Positions 47,224 to 57,044 of a DNA stretch of 64,000 bases are shown one piece after another. Numbering within the stretch: the first letter of the stretch is position 1; each line of letters begins with the position of its first letter. The DNA is from an uncultured Flavobacteriaceae bacterium (GTDB lineage Bacteria > Bacteroidota > Bacteroidia > Flavobacteriales > Flavobacteriaceae). The stretch spans positions 110 through 64,109 of the forward strand of contig CAYTIE010000004.1 of assembly GCA_964437815.1 (NCBI GenBank). Reading direction: 5' to 3'. Position numbers and translations under genes: made by a program. Below the pieces are notes generated by a model. That model made no database searches. It had not been told where the DNA came from and saw only the letters and a program-made list of their open reading frames with translations.

Positions 47224-47823
47224 ATGTCAAAACAAAAAATTAATTTATTACCATTACTTGTAATACTTCACATAAGCATTATTACACTATCTAATGTATT
47301 AGTTTCAATTCCAATTGAACTTTATGGTTTTAAAATTACATGGGCTGCATTTAGCTTCCCTTTGGTCGTTGTTGCTACAGACCTGACAATTAGACTAATA
47401 GGAAAGTCAATGGCTCAAAAAACTATAACTTTTTCATTTCCTTTTGCAATTATTTCATCAGTTCTTATTCTTTATCTAGAAAATAATCCAGTTTCTGTAT
47501 CCTTAAGGATTGGGATTGCAAGTGGACTTGCATATGCTATTGGAGTTTTAATTGATATAAACGCTTTTCAATTTATAAGAAAAAAATATTCATCATGGTG
47601 GATAGCTCCTTCATTATCAACTATAGTATCTAATATTATTGACTCGTATACTTTCTTTTTTACTGCTTTTTATAACTCAGATGACTCATATATGTCTCAA
47701 AACTGGCTTGAAATAGCTGGAACTCAAACAATATTAAAAATTATAATTGGACTTATTTTTTTCCTTCCTACTTATGGAATTTTACTTAGTTTTTTTAGCA
47801 AAAAACTTAAGTCATTTAAATGA
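47224..47823 (+). CDS. yhhQ: Queuosine-precursor (7-deazaguanine) transporter, YhhQ/VUT family
   Basis: 199 aa, about 6 TM, with a typical YhhQ N-terminal region (LSNVLVSIPIELYGFKITWAAFSFPLVVVATDL). Confidence 0.7.
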   Translation: MSKQKINLLPLLVILHISIITLSNVLVSIPIELYGFKITWAAFSFPLVVVATDLTIRLIGKSMAQKTITFSFPFAIISSVLILYLENNPVSVSLRIGIASGLAYAIGVLIDINAFQFIRKKYSSWWIAPSLSTIVSNIIDSYTFFFTAFYNSDDSYMSQNWLEIAGTQTILKIIIGLIFFLPTYGILLSFFSKKLKSFK

Positions 47824-47837
47824 TAATTAAAAAAATA

Positions 47838-50315
47838 TTAGTTCCCATCACAACCAGGTTTAGCATCTAGATCTGATTCCAAACGCACATTGGCCAATCC
47901 AATATCAATACCCGATTGTGCTTTGATTACTAATGCAGAAGTAATATTAGTCATATCGACTCCTAATTTTTCAAAACAGCTTAAACTAATTCTATACTCT
48001 TTCCAGTCTCCACTTATGGTAATATCTAATGTGTTATCGCAGGTAGCACTGTCATCACATTGGCCAATTTGTACAACAGCATCAGAGCCTATAAATGATT
48101 TTGCATCAAAAGTTAATTCCATAGCACCATTTGACTGACGAGCCATATCATTTGACTTAGTTGAAGAAATTCGCAAATAATCTCCATCAGACTTTGTCCA
48201 GTTAATTCTTAATGCATCTTCCTGAGTCATATAATCTGTTTTACTTATAATCAATCCTCCAACAGATGTTGGGAAGCTAGCGATTTGCTTTTCCAAATCT
48301 CCAGAGCTTAGCCATAAACCCCAAGGAGCAACTACTGATCCTTTCATGAAGAATTCACCCGTTGAGGCTAAGTTACTATTTTCTAATCCAGATTTTTCTG
48401 TTAATATTTCCATATTGTCTAAACTAGCATAGGTAAGTCCATACCCAAGTTTAAATAAAGCTTCATTATTTTCTGAAACTACTGCACTGGCTGGCCATGT
48501 AAAAGATAATCGACCCATAAAATCGTATGATGGATCTCTCTGGAATAATAAATCAGAAATACCACCACCTTCACTTCCAGGTAACCATGCAGCAACAAAT
48601 GCATCAGAGTTATTAATCTCTGGATTCATCCACATTGGACGTCCAGATAAGAATACAGATACTACAGGGATTCCTTTGTCTTTAAAAGCAGCTAATTTGT
48701 TAGTGTCAAATCCATTAGAAACAAAATCTAAGTTCTCGCGATCTCCTTGAAATTCTGCATAAGGATCTTCTCCATATACCGCAATCACTACATCAGCTTT
48801 TATAGAAATATCTCCAAATGGAGAGAAAATTACTTTTCCACCAGACTCATTAACAACTTCTTCAATACCTTGTAAGATAGATTGTCCATTCGGAAATTCA
48901 TCATTGGTATGGTCAGTTCCTTGCCAAGAGAGTGTCCATCCACCACTGGCTTTAGAAATACTAGCAGCACCATCTCCTACAACCAATATTGTTTTAGAAG
49001 CATCAATCGGTAATAGTTGGTTGTTATTTTTAAGGAGCACCATAGATTCTCTTACTGCCTGTCTTGCAATTGCCTTGTGTTCCGGAATACCAAGGAAACT
49101 TTCGTTACCTGAATTGGCACGTGAACTTGGAGCACCTTTTTGAAAAATACCTGATGTGATTTTTACCCTAAGAATACGACGAACAGCATCGTCTAAACGT
49201 TCCATAGAAATGATTCCATCTTTTACATGTTTTAAAGTACTTTCATACAATCCTTTCCAGCTATCAGGTGCCATATACATATCAAGTCCTGCATTTAAAG
49301 ATTGTGGACAATCTGTGTTTGTGCATCCTGGTACCTGACCATGACCATTCCAGTCACCAACTACAAATCCATTAAAACCCATTTTTCCTTTTAATACATC
49401 TGTAAGCAATTCTTTATCGCCGTGTAGTTTTCTTCCTTGCCAGCTAGAAAATGAAGCCATCACTGTTTGTACACCAGCTGGAATAGCACTGTAATATCCT
49501 GCAGCATGAACTTTACTTAATTCTTCTTGACTAATCAATGCATCACCTTGATCTACTCCATTTTGAGTAGCACCATCAGCTAAGAAATGCTTAGCACTGG
49601 AAATTACTTTTCCATTGCCCATAAAATCTTCTGCACCAAATTGTCCTTGTAAACCAATTACAATTCGGTCACCATAAGAATTCACAATATCAGGGTTTTC
49701 TGAGAATCCTTCATAACTTCTTCCCCATCTCAAATCTTGAGGCACTGCAAGAGTAGGAGCAAAAGTCCAATCATGACCAGATACGGTTAATTCATGTGCA
49801 GTAACACGTGCAATTTTTTGAATTAAATCAGGATTATTCATAGCGCCTAAGCCAATATTATGAGGAAAAATAATTGCACCTTTTAAATTTGCATGTCCAT
49901 GGACAGCATCAATCCCCCAAATAATTGGGATAGCTATTTCAACACCCTCATTATCAATAGAAGCATTGTAGTATTTGTCTGCCATTTCAAGCCATGTTTT
50001 TGAGTCGGCATATGGCAATGGACCTGGAGCGGAATTTCCTCCACTTAACACAGAACCCAATCGGTATTCTTGTACTTCTTCAGGAGTTACAGACCCACTA
50101 TCTGCCTGAATTACTTGCCCTACCTTTTGTTCTAAAGTAAGTTTAGGAAGCATCTCATCAATTTGAGCTTCAATAGTAGGGTCTAATGGTAAAGGCTCTA
50201 AAGTGGACCATAAATCGAGGCTATTAGATTCTTTAGATGGATTACAACTTAAAACAATGATGGATATTACACACAAGGTGAGTGTAGCATAAAGAATAGA
50301 TTTACTGGCTTTCAT
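47838..50315 (-). CDS. Glycoside hydrolase family 3 exo-beta-glucosidase / glucan glucohydrolase (lipoprotein)
   Basis: 825 aa with a lipobox (IVLSC). GH3 blocks WGIDAVHGH, RWGRSYEGF and the GFNGFVVGDW nucleophile Asp region, plus an extra C-terminal beta-sandwich-like domain. Confidence 0.9.
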   Translation of the reverse strand: MKASKSILYATLTLCVISIIVLSCNPSKESNSLDLWSTLEPLPLDPTIEAQIDEMLPKLTLEQKVGQVIQADSGSVTPEEVQEYRLGSVLSGGNSAPGPLPYADSKTWLEMADKYYNASIDNEGVEIAIPIIWGIDAVHGHANLKGAIIFPHNIGLGAMNNPDLIQKIARVTAHELTVSGHDWTFAPTLAVPQDLRWGRSYEGFSENPDIVNSYGDRIVIGLQGQFGAEDFMGNGKVISSAKHFLADGATQNGVDQGDALISQEELSKVHAAGYYSAIPAGVQTVMASFSSWQGRKLHGDKELLTDVLKGKMGFNGFVVGDWNGHGQVPGCTNTDCPQSLNAGLDMYMAPDSWKGLYESTLKHVKDGIISMERLDDAVRRILRVKITSGIFQKGAPSSRANSGNESFLGIPEHKAIARQAVRESMVLLKNNNQLLPIDASKTILVVGDGAASISKASGGWTLSWQGTDHTNDEFPNGQSILQGIEEVVNESGGKVIFSPFGDISIKADVVIAVYGEDPYAEFQGDRENLDFVSNGFDTNKLAAFKDKGIPVVSVFLSGRPMWMNPEINNSDAFVAAWLPGSEGGGISDLLFQRDPSYDFMGRLSFTWPASAVVSENNEALFKLGYGLTYASLDNMEILTEKSGLENSNLASTGEFFMKGSVVAPWGLWLSSGDLEKQIASFPTSVGGLIISKTDYMTQEDALRINWTKSDGDYLRISSTKSNDMARQSNGAMELTFDAKSFIGSDAVVQIGQCDDSATCDNTLDITISGDWKEYRISLSCFEKLGVDMTNITSALVIKAQSGIDIGLANVRLESDLDAKPGCDGN

Positions 50316-50415
50316 TTTGTAATTTTTAGTTTGTTACTTATTTGCCTTTTTAAATACTAAAGATAATAAGAATGAAAAAAATATCTCATCCTCTCCAAAT
50401 TAAAAAACAACTTAG

Positions 50416-50504
50416 CAGAGAGGAAGGGATTCGAACCCTCGATTCCAATTTCTCAGAATACACGCTTTCCAAGCGCGCGCCTTAAACCGCTCGGCCACCT
50501 CTCT
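50416..50504 (-). tRNA. tRNA-Ser (anticodon GGA), type II with long variable arm; CCA not encoded
   Basis: The reverse complement folds by hand: acceptor AGAGAGG/CCTCTCT, D arm GCC..GGC, anticodon stem CGCGC/GCGTG with loop TTGGAAA, a 20-nt variable arm, and T arm GAGGG-TTCGAAT-CCCTT. Confidence 0.9.
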
Positions 50505-50516
50505 TGATAATTAAAA

Positions 50517-51278
50517 TTAACTCCCAAAAATATCTAGTGCATTCTTATCTGTAACCTTACTAACATAATCTAAGTTAACATCATATATTTCAGAGATTTT
50601 CTTAGCAACGAATTCAATATAAGAGCTTTCATTTCGTTTACCCCTATAAGGAACAGGAGCAAGATATGGTGAATCTGTTTCTAACACAATTTTCTCAATA
50701 GGGATTTGATTTAAAAACTCTGATATCTTACCATTTTTAAAAGTCACAACACCTCCTATTCCAAGACTAAAGTTTAGATCTATTATTTTATTTGCTTGCT
50801 CAATAGTGCCGGAAAAGCAATGGAAAATCCCTTTTAAATTTGTAGATTTAAAATTCTTTAAAACATCATAAATTTCATTAAACGATTCCCTACAATGAAT
50901 CACAATTGGCAAATCATAAGTTATTGCCAAGTTAATTTGTTCTTCAAAAGATTTTATCTGTTGTTTTAAAAACTTTTTTTCATGATAAAGATCAATTCCT
51001 ATTTCTCCAATTGCATAGTATTTATTCCTTTGGATTTCATCTCTAACAAAATCAAGCTCATTTTTGTAACCTTCATCTACATAACAAGGATGAAGACCAA
51101 TCATACAAAAAATATTTTTTGGATATCTGGACATTAACTGAAGCATACCTTTATTATAAGATGAATTTAGCGAAGGCATATAGAATCTATTAACACCAAC
51201 AGCTAAAGCCCTTGATACAACCTCATCAATGTCTTCATTGAATTGTTTTAAATATAAATGTGTATGAGTATCAATCAA
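50517..51278 (-). CDS. TatD-family metal-dependent hydrolase/DNase
   Basis: 253 aa. The MIDTHTHL start and EIGIDLY, VIHCR and ETDSPYL blocks. Confidence 0.9.
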   Translation of the reverse strand: MIDTHTHLYLKQFNEDIDEVVSRALAVGVNRFYMPSLNSSYNKGMLQLMSRYPKNIFCMIGLHPCYVDEGYKNELDFVRDEIQRNKYYAIGEIGIDLYHEKKFLKQQIKSFEEQINLAITYDLPIVIHCRESFNEIYDVLKNFKSTNLKGIFHCFSGTIEQANKIIDLNFSLGIGGVVTFKNGKISEFLNQIPIEKIVLETDSPYLAPVPYRGKRNESSYIEFVAKKISEIYDVNLDYVSKVTDKNALDIFGS

Positions 51279-51282
51279 TTTT

Positions 51283-52473
51283 TTAGATTGCTAAAGATTT
51301 TTCAATGTTACCATCCATAAGAACATTTATTGGATCTTCTACACCTTCTTTAACAGCAATTAAGAATCCCACTGACTGATTTCCATCAATTATCCTGTGA
51401 TCATATGATAAGGCTAGATACATCATTGGTCTTATTTCGACTTTTTCACCAATAGCAATAGGTCTTTTAATTATATTGTGCATTCCTAGAATTCCAGATT
51501 GCGGAGGATTAATAATTGGAGTAGATAACATTGATCCGAAGACTCCTCCATTTGAAATTGTAAATGTACCTCCTGTTAAATCATCAACTGTAATTGATTT
51601 TTCCCTAACTAAATCTGCAAGCCTTTTTATTTCTTGCTCGATAGATGCAAAAGACAGATTCTGAGCATTTCGAAGAACAGGAGTCATTAAACCCTTTGGT
51701 CCTGAAACGGCAATACTTATATCTGAATAATTATATGAAACTTTATGGTCTCCATCAATCATAGAATTTACATCAGGGTACATCTGAAGCGCCCTTGTAA
51801 CTGCTTTTGTAAAAAAGCTCATAAAGCCAAGACTTACTCCATGTTTAGTAGAAAAAATATCTTTATATTTTTTTCTTAGATCAAAAATCTGAGACAAATC
51901 AGCTTCATTAAATGTTGTTAGCATTGCGGTTTCATTCTTAACAGAGACTAATCTTTCTGACACTTTTCTTCTTAATACAGATAACTTTTCTCTAGTTTCA
52001 GCTCTGTTATCATCATTTACTGACCCCATTGCTGGAACAGCTTTTAATACATCTTCCTTGGTAATCTTCTCTCCCTTTACACTTATTTGATTTAAATTAA
52101 CACCTGCTTCTTTAGCAATATTTTTTGCCAAAGGTGTAGCTGTAACTTCTTCAGAATTTGATTTTAATTTTTCTTCCTTTACAATACTAGATGTTTCTTC
52201 TTTTTTACTTGTTTTATCTAAATTTTCCTCTGTGGCAAAAGAAGTATCAATGACACAAACAACCTCACCTACAGATATAGTATCACCTTCTTCAGCTTTC
52301 AAAGAAATCTTGCCAGCAGTTTCAGCAGGTAAGTCTAAAGTAGCTTTATCTGAATCAAGTTCAGCAATTGTTTGATCTTTAGAAACAATATCTCCATCAG
52401 AAACCAACCATTGGGAAATCTCGACTTCTGTTATAGATTCTCCAGGAGATGGGATTTTCATTTCATGGACCAT
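51283..52473 (-). CDS. sucB: 2-oxoglutarate dehydrogenase E2, dihydrolipoyllysine-residue succinyltransferase
   Basis: 396 aa. One lipoyl domain ([11 protein letters not shown]), a PSBD-like segment and the catalytic SYDHRIIDG. The true start may be the second ATG at 52461. Confidence 0.92.
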   Translation of the reverse strand: MVHEMKIPSPGESITEVEISQWLVSDGDIVSKDQTIAELDSDKATLDLPAETAGKISLKAEEGDTISVGEVVCVIDTSFATEENLDKTSKKEETSSIVKEEKLKSNSEEVTATPLAKNIAKEAGVNLNQISVKGEKITKEDVLKAVPAMGSVNDDNRAETREKLSVLRRKVSERLVSVKNETAMLTTFNEADLSQIFDLRKKYKDIFSTKHGVSLGFMSFFTKAVTRALQMYPDVNSMIDGDHKVSYNYSDISIAVSGPKGLMTPVLRNAQNLSFASIEQEIKRLADLVREKSITVDDLTGGTFTISNGGVFGSMLSTPIINPPQSGILGMHNIIKRPIAIGEKVEIRPMMYLALSYDHRIIDGNQSVGFLIAVKEGVEDPINVLMDGNIEKSLAI

Positions 52474-52525
52474 AATTTATTTTTCTACTTTAAAGGTTGT
52501 TACCAAAATTAATCAATTTAAAAGA

Positions 52526-55282
52526 TTATTTTCTGAAGTTGTCTTTTTCTTTATTAAAAACATATTCAATAACCTGAATATGCCTTCTTTCAAATCTAGT
52601 ATGGCTTCCTGCTGCAGTTGAACCATAAGGTCTACGAGTAGCAGGTCTAAATTTATTAGCATTAGGATAATGCGTTACAAAATGGCTCCACCCTCCCATA
52701 TTTCTAGGTTCTTCTTGAGCCCATACAAAATCAGTTGCTTTTGAAAACTTTTTTAATTCTAGATCGATTTGTTGGATTGGTAAAGGAAAAAGTTGTTCTA
52801 ATCGAATAAGGGCAACATTTTTAATATTTTTCTCTCTTCTAAATTTTAACAAATCAAAATAGAATTTTCCTGAGCAAAATACTATAGAAGAAATATCTTT
52901 TGGATTAACACCATTATCTGATATAACTGGTTCAAATTTCCCTGTAATTAAATCATCTATATTAGAAACAACTTCAGGGTGCCTCAGTAAACTTTTTGGA
53001 GTAAATAGTATAAGTGGTTTTCTAAAACTAGTAACCATTTGTCTTCTTAAAATGTGAAATAAATTTGAGGGTGTTGTACAGTTAGCCGCATACATATTAT
53101 CCTTAGCACACAACTGAAGAAACCTTTCAATTCTTGCAGATGAATGCTCTGCTCCTTGGCCTTCATATCCATGTGGTAGATATAATACTATCCCATTTTG
53201 AAGTTTCCATTTATCCTCTGCAGATGAAATATATTGATCAATAATTATTTGAGCTCCATTTGAAAAATCTCCAAATTGTGCTTCCCATATTGTTAATGAT
53301 TTAGGACTAGCAAGAGCATAACCATAATCAAACCCCAGAACACCATACTCTGATAAAAGCGAATTATATATTTTAAACTCACCTTTATTATTAATATTAA
53401 TAGAATTTAAAGGAAAATATTCCTCTTCAAAATCTTCTGATTTTAAAACTGCATGTCTATGGGAGAATGTACCTCGTTCTACATCTTGACCAGAAATTCT
53501 AACATCAAACCCATCCGCGAGAATCGTAGCATATGCTAAGAGTTCTGAAAGTGCCCAATCAACTTTATTCTCATTAAAAAGGATTTTTTTCCTGTTTTCA
53601 AAAAGCTTATATATTTTTTTTAAGAAGCCTGAATTTTCGGGAAGTTCCGTCACAGATTTTGCAACTTCAAGAAGTTTCTTCTTGGAATAATTAGTCTTAA
53701 AATCCATACTCATAGTTTTTTCATCAACTCTTTTAAAATCTTTCCAAACCTCTTCCATAAATGGAGTAATTTTAGTTTTACTTTTCTTCTTTGTTTCAAT
53801 TAGTTCACTCTCTAGAGATTCTAAATATTCTTTTTCAATTCCATCTGTATATTCTTTAGTAATTATTCCTTGACTAATTAATTCATTTGAGTAAATAGCT
53901 CTTGGGTTTGGATGAGAGGAAATAAGTTTATATAACTTAGGTTGGGTAAATCTAGGTTCGTCCCCTTCATTATGGCCATATTTTCTATAGCCTAATAGAT
54001 CAATGAATATATCCATCCCATATTCCATTCTATAATCAAGTGCGAATGAGATTGCATGAACAACTGCTTCAACATCATCAGAATTAACATGAAGCACAGG
54101 AGATAAAGTAACTTTACCAACATCTGAACAGTATGTGCTAGACCTTGCATCAAGATAATTAGTAGTAAATCCAATCTGATTGTTTACTATAATGTGAATT
54201 GTACCTCCAGTAGAGTAGCCTTTAAGTTTAGACATTTGTACTACCTCATAAACTACCCCTTGAGCAGCTATAGCTGCATCACCATGAACAATTATAGGAA
54301 GTAAACTATTTGAATCATTATCAAGATCATTTTCAATTTTAGCTCTTGAAATTCCTTGAACAATAGGAAATACTGATTCTAAATGTGAGGGGTTTGGAGC
54401 TAGATTTAAATTTATCACATTCCCTTTATCACTAGTTCTTTTAGAGGTCCAACCTAAGTGGTATTTTACATCTCCATCAAAGATATCTTCCTCATAGTCT
54501 TTCCCCTCAAATTCTGCAAAGATTTGGTTTGTTGATTTTTCGAAAATGTTAGCTAATGTATTAAGTCTCCCTCTATGTGACATACCCATAACAACTTCTG
54601 TTACTCCTTTATCAGCTGCCAATTGGATTAAAAAATCAATTGCAGGAATCAATGATTCCCCCCCCTCTAAAGAAAATCTTTTTTGTCCAACATATTTCTT
54701 CTGTAGAAAATTCTCAAACACGTATGCTTGATTCAGTTTATTAAGGATACTTAGTTTCTCTGTCTTTGAAAAATTTGGATGATTTGCATTAATATTTAGC
54801 CTGTTTTGTATCCATTTAACTCTATTCGGATCCCTTATATACATATATTCCACACCTATTGATGAACAATAAATATCATTTAGGTGTTTAATTATATTTT
54901 TTAACTTATCTGGTCCTAGACCTACAATTTCTCCTGCGCTAAAAACTAATTCCAAGTCAGTTTCCTCAAGACCAAAATTTTTTATATCAAGAGTTGGAGA
55001 ATATTTTCTTCTTTCTCTAACTGGATTTGTGATTGTAAATAGATGACCTCTTTTTCTATATGCATCAATTAAATTAACAACTTGAAACTCCTTTTTTATG
55101 TTCTCGGGAACTTGAAACTTCTTTTCTTCAAACGTGACACTTGAAGTCTCCATTCCAAAATCAAACCCTTGAAAAAAAGCTTTCCAACTTGGCTCTAAAC
55201 TATCTGGAGATTGCAAATATTGATCATACATTTCTGCAAAATGACTCGTATGAGCTGAATTGAGAAAAGAGAACTTATCCAT
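52526..55282 (-). CDS. sucA: 2-oxoglutarate dehydrogenase E1 component
   Basis: 918 aa. Typical E1o blocks (GMSHRGRLNTL, IVHGDAAIAAQGVVYE, YLPHGYEGQGAEHSS). Confidence 0.95.
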   Translation of the reverse strand: MDKFSFLNSAHTSHFAEMYDQYLQSPDSLEPSWKAFFQGFDFGMETSSVTFEEKKFQVPENIKKEFQVVNLIDAYRKRGHLFTITNPVRERRKYSPTLDIKNFGLEETDLELVFSAGEIVGLGPDKLKNIIKHLNDIYCSSIGVEYMYIRDPNRVKWIQNRLNINANHPNFSKTEKLSILNKLNQAYVFENFLQKKYVGQKRFSLEGGESLIPAIDFLIQLAADKGVTEVVMGMSHRGRLNTLANIFEKSTNQIFAEFEGKDYEEDIFDGDVKYHLGWTSKRTSDKGNVINLNLAPNPSHLESVFPIVQGISRAKIENDLDNDSNSLLPIIVHGDAAIAAQGVVYEVVQMSKLKGYSTGGTIHIIVNNQIGFTTNYLDARSSTYCSDVGKVTLSPVLHVNSDDVEAVVHAISFALDYRMEYGMDIFIDLLGYRKYGHNEGDEPRFTQPKLYKLISSHPNPRAIYSNELISQGIITKEYTDGIEKEYLESLESELIETKKKSKTKITPFMEEVWKDFKRVDEKTMSMDFKTNYSKKKLLEVAKSVTELPENSGFLKKIYKLFENRKKILFNENKVDWALSELLAYATILADGFDVRISGQDVERGTFSHRHAVLKSEDFEEEYFPLNSININNKGEFKIYNSLLSEYGVLGFDYGYALASPKSLTIWEAQFGDFSNGAQIIIDQYISSAEDKWKLQNGIVLYLPHGYEGQGAEHSSARIERFLQLCAKDNMYAANCTTPSNLFHILRRQMVTSFRKPLILFTPKSLLRHPEVVSNIDDLITGKFEPVISDNGVNPKDISSIVFCSGKFYFDLLKFRREKNIKNVALIRLEQLFPLPIQQIDLELKKFSKATDFVWAQEEPRNMGGWSHFVTHYPNANKFRPATRRPYGSTAAGSHTRFERRHIQVIEYVFNKEKDNFRK

Positions 55283-55353
55283 AGTAAGCTATTTAGTTAA
55301 TAAAATTACAACTTGTTTTTAATGTATTTTAATATTTTTCGGATTTTTGTACA

Positions 55354-56613
55354 ATGTTTGCTCTTATTGACTGTAATAATTTTTATGCCTCTTGTGAAAG
55401 GGTATTCCAACCTAACTTAATCGACAAGCCTATTGTTGTGTTATCTAATAATGATGGTTGTGTTATAGCTCGAAGTAATGAGGCAAAATCTCTTGGAATT
55501 CCAATGGGAGCTCCTGCATTCAAATACAAAAAAAAATTTGAAGATAATAAGGTTGAGGTCTTTTCTTCTAATTTTAAACTGTATGGAGATATGAGTAATA
55601 GAGTAATGTCTATTATATCTCGATTTGTACCAAATGTTGAGATATATAGTATTGATGAAGCTTTTTTAAAGTTTGAAGGATTCTCAGAAGATGTAATTGA
55701 TCAGAAATGCAGAGAAATAATAGAAACTGTTATGAAATGGACAGGCATACCCGTATCAATAGGACTTGCAAAAACAAAATCACTAGCAAAAGTTGCAAAT
55801 AGAATTGCAAAAAAGTACTCTAGTGAAACTAATAGTTTTTACTCAATTAACAACAATAGCAAACATATCAAAGCTCTAAAGAATATAAGTATTAAAGACA
55901 TTTGGGGTATTGGATTTCAGAATGAAAAAAAACTATTAAAAATTGATGTAAAATCTGGTTTTGATTTTATCAGGCTTCCAGATGAATGGGTCAAAAAAAA
56001 TATGAGCATCATTGGATTAAAATTAAAAAAAGAGCTTGAAGGTATCCCAACTCTAGATATCGTGGGAGAAAATAATAATAAGAAATCTATAACCACTACC
56101 AGAAGTTTTGAAGCTGAAATTTCATCACTTGATGACTTAATAGAAAGAATTACAACATTTGCTGTTGTTTCCTCTAAAAAATTGAGAATACAAAACAGTG
56201 AATGTAATATGATCTCTGTATATATACGCAGTAATCCATTCAAGAAAAATAATGACAAATATCATTTTAGTCTTACAGGGACTTTACCATTTTCTACAAA
56301 CTCAAGTATTGAAATCAGTAAATTTGCAATAAAACTTTTAAAGAAGATTTATCATAAAGGCAAATCATATAAAAAAGCAGGTATAATTCTTATGGGGGTA
56401 ACTCCTGAATCTACTCATCAAGTTAGTTTTTTTGAAAAAAATACTAAGAAGCATAAAAAATTAATGGAAAGTATAGATAATATAGATAATAAATATGGTT
56501 TATATAAAATTAGACTTGCAAGTCAAGATCAAAAAAGAATATGGAAAATGAATAGACAAAATTTATCTAGAAATTACACAACTAATATCGAAGAGGTTCT
56601 AATAGTATCATGA
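55354..56613 (+). CDS. umuC: Y-family translesion DNA polymerase, UmuC-like (Pol V catalytic subunit)
   Basis: 419 aa. The [15 protein letters not shown] start and the [11 protein letters not shown] and YSIDEAFL motifs. Confidence 0.9.
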   Translation: MFALIDCNNFYASCERVFQPNLIDKPIVVLSNNDGCVIARSNEAKSLGIPMGAPAFKYKKKFEDNKVEVFSSNFKLYGDMSNRVMSIISRFVPNVEIYSIDEAFLKFEGFSEDVIDQKCREIIETVMKWTGIPVSIGLAKTKSLAKVANRIAKKYSSETNSFYSINNNSKHIKALKNISIKDIWGIGFQNEKKLLKIDVKSGFDFIRLPDEWVKKNMSIIGLKLKKELEGIPTLDIVGENNNKKSITTTRSFEAEISSLDDLIERITTFAVVSSKKLRIQNSECNMISVYIRSNPFKKNNDKYHFSLTGTLPFSTNSSIEISKFAIKLLKKIYHKGKSYKKAGIILMGVTPESTHQVSFFEKNTKKHKKLMESIDNIDNKYGLYKIRLASQDQKRIWKMNRQNLSRNYTTNIEEVLIVS

Positions 56614-57044
56614 TTATGGAAGATAAGATCCAAATATTTAAACCAAATGATAAAAAATCTTCTACTAATATTTTTATTAAGGATGGTATATCGGCAGGAT
56701 TTCCATCACCAGCAAGTGATTTTGAAGAATCTAGAATTAGTCTTGAAAAAGTTATAGTAAAAAATAAAGAGGCTACATTTTATGCAAAAGTATCAGGTGA
56801 ATCAATGAAAGATGCTGGATTAAATGATGGTGATATTTTAGTAATTGACAGAAGCGAAGAGGTAAAAAATAACAAAATAGCTGTATGCTATGTAAATGGA
56901 GAGTTTACTGTTAAAAGAGTAAAAATTGAAAAAGATCATATATATCTAGTGCCTGAAAATAAAAAATATAATCCAATTAAAATAACTGAAGAAAATGAGC
57001 TTATAGTATGGGGAATAGTGACCTATGTAATAAAGAAGACTTAA
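56610..57044 (+). CDS. umuD: UmuD-like S24 self-cleaving peptidase (no DNA-binding domain)
   Basis: 144 aa. [14 protein letters not shown] aligns with E. coli UmuD VQCGFPSPAADYVE (Ala-Gly cleavage site). It also has the GESM serine nucleophile and the FTVKR lysine. ATGA overlap with the umuC stop. Confidence 0.88.
   Translation: MIMEDKIQIFKPNDKKSSTNIFIKDGISAGFPSPASDFEESRISLEKVIVKNKEATFYAKVSGESMKDAGLNDGDILVIDRSEEVKNNKIAVCYVNGEFTVKRVKIEKDHIYLVPENKKYNPIKITEENELIVWGIVTYVIKKT

Noticed and set aside
49115-49130. Sigma-54-like TGGCAC element (TGGCACGTGAACTTGG); rpoN is in the window.
   Set aside because: The spacing to the TTG(C) part is off by one, the -12 element lacks the C, and the site is inside the GH3 coding region on the antisense strand with no downstream gene.
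50371-50504. Small + strand ORF starting ATGAAAAAAATATCT... that runs into the tRNA-Ser gene.
   Set aside because: It overlaps the antisense strand of a well-folded tRNA, has no recognisable product, and lies in the likely GH3 promoter region. It is most likely fortuitous.
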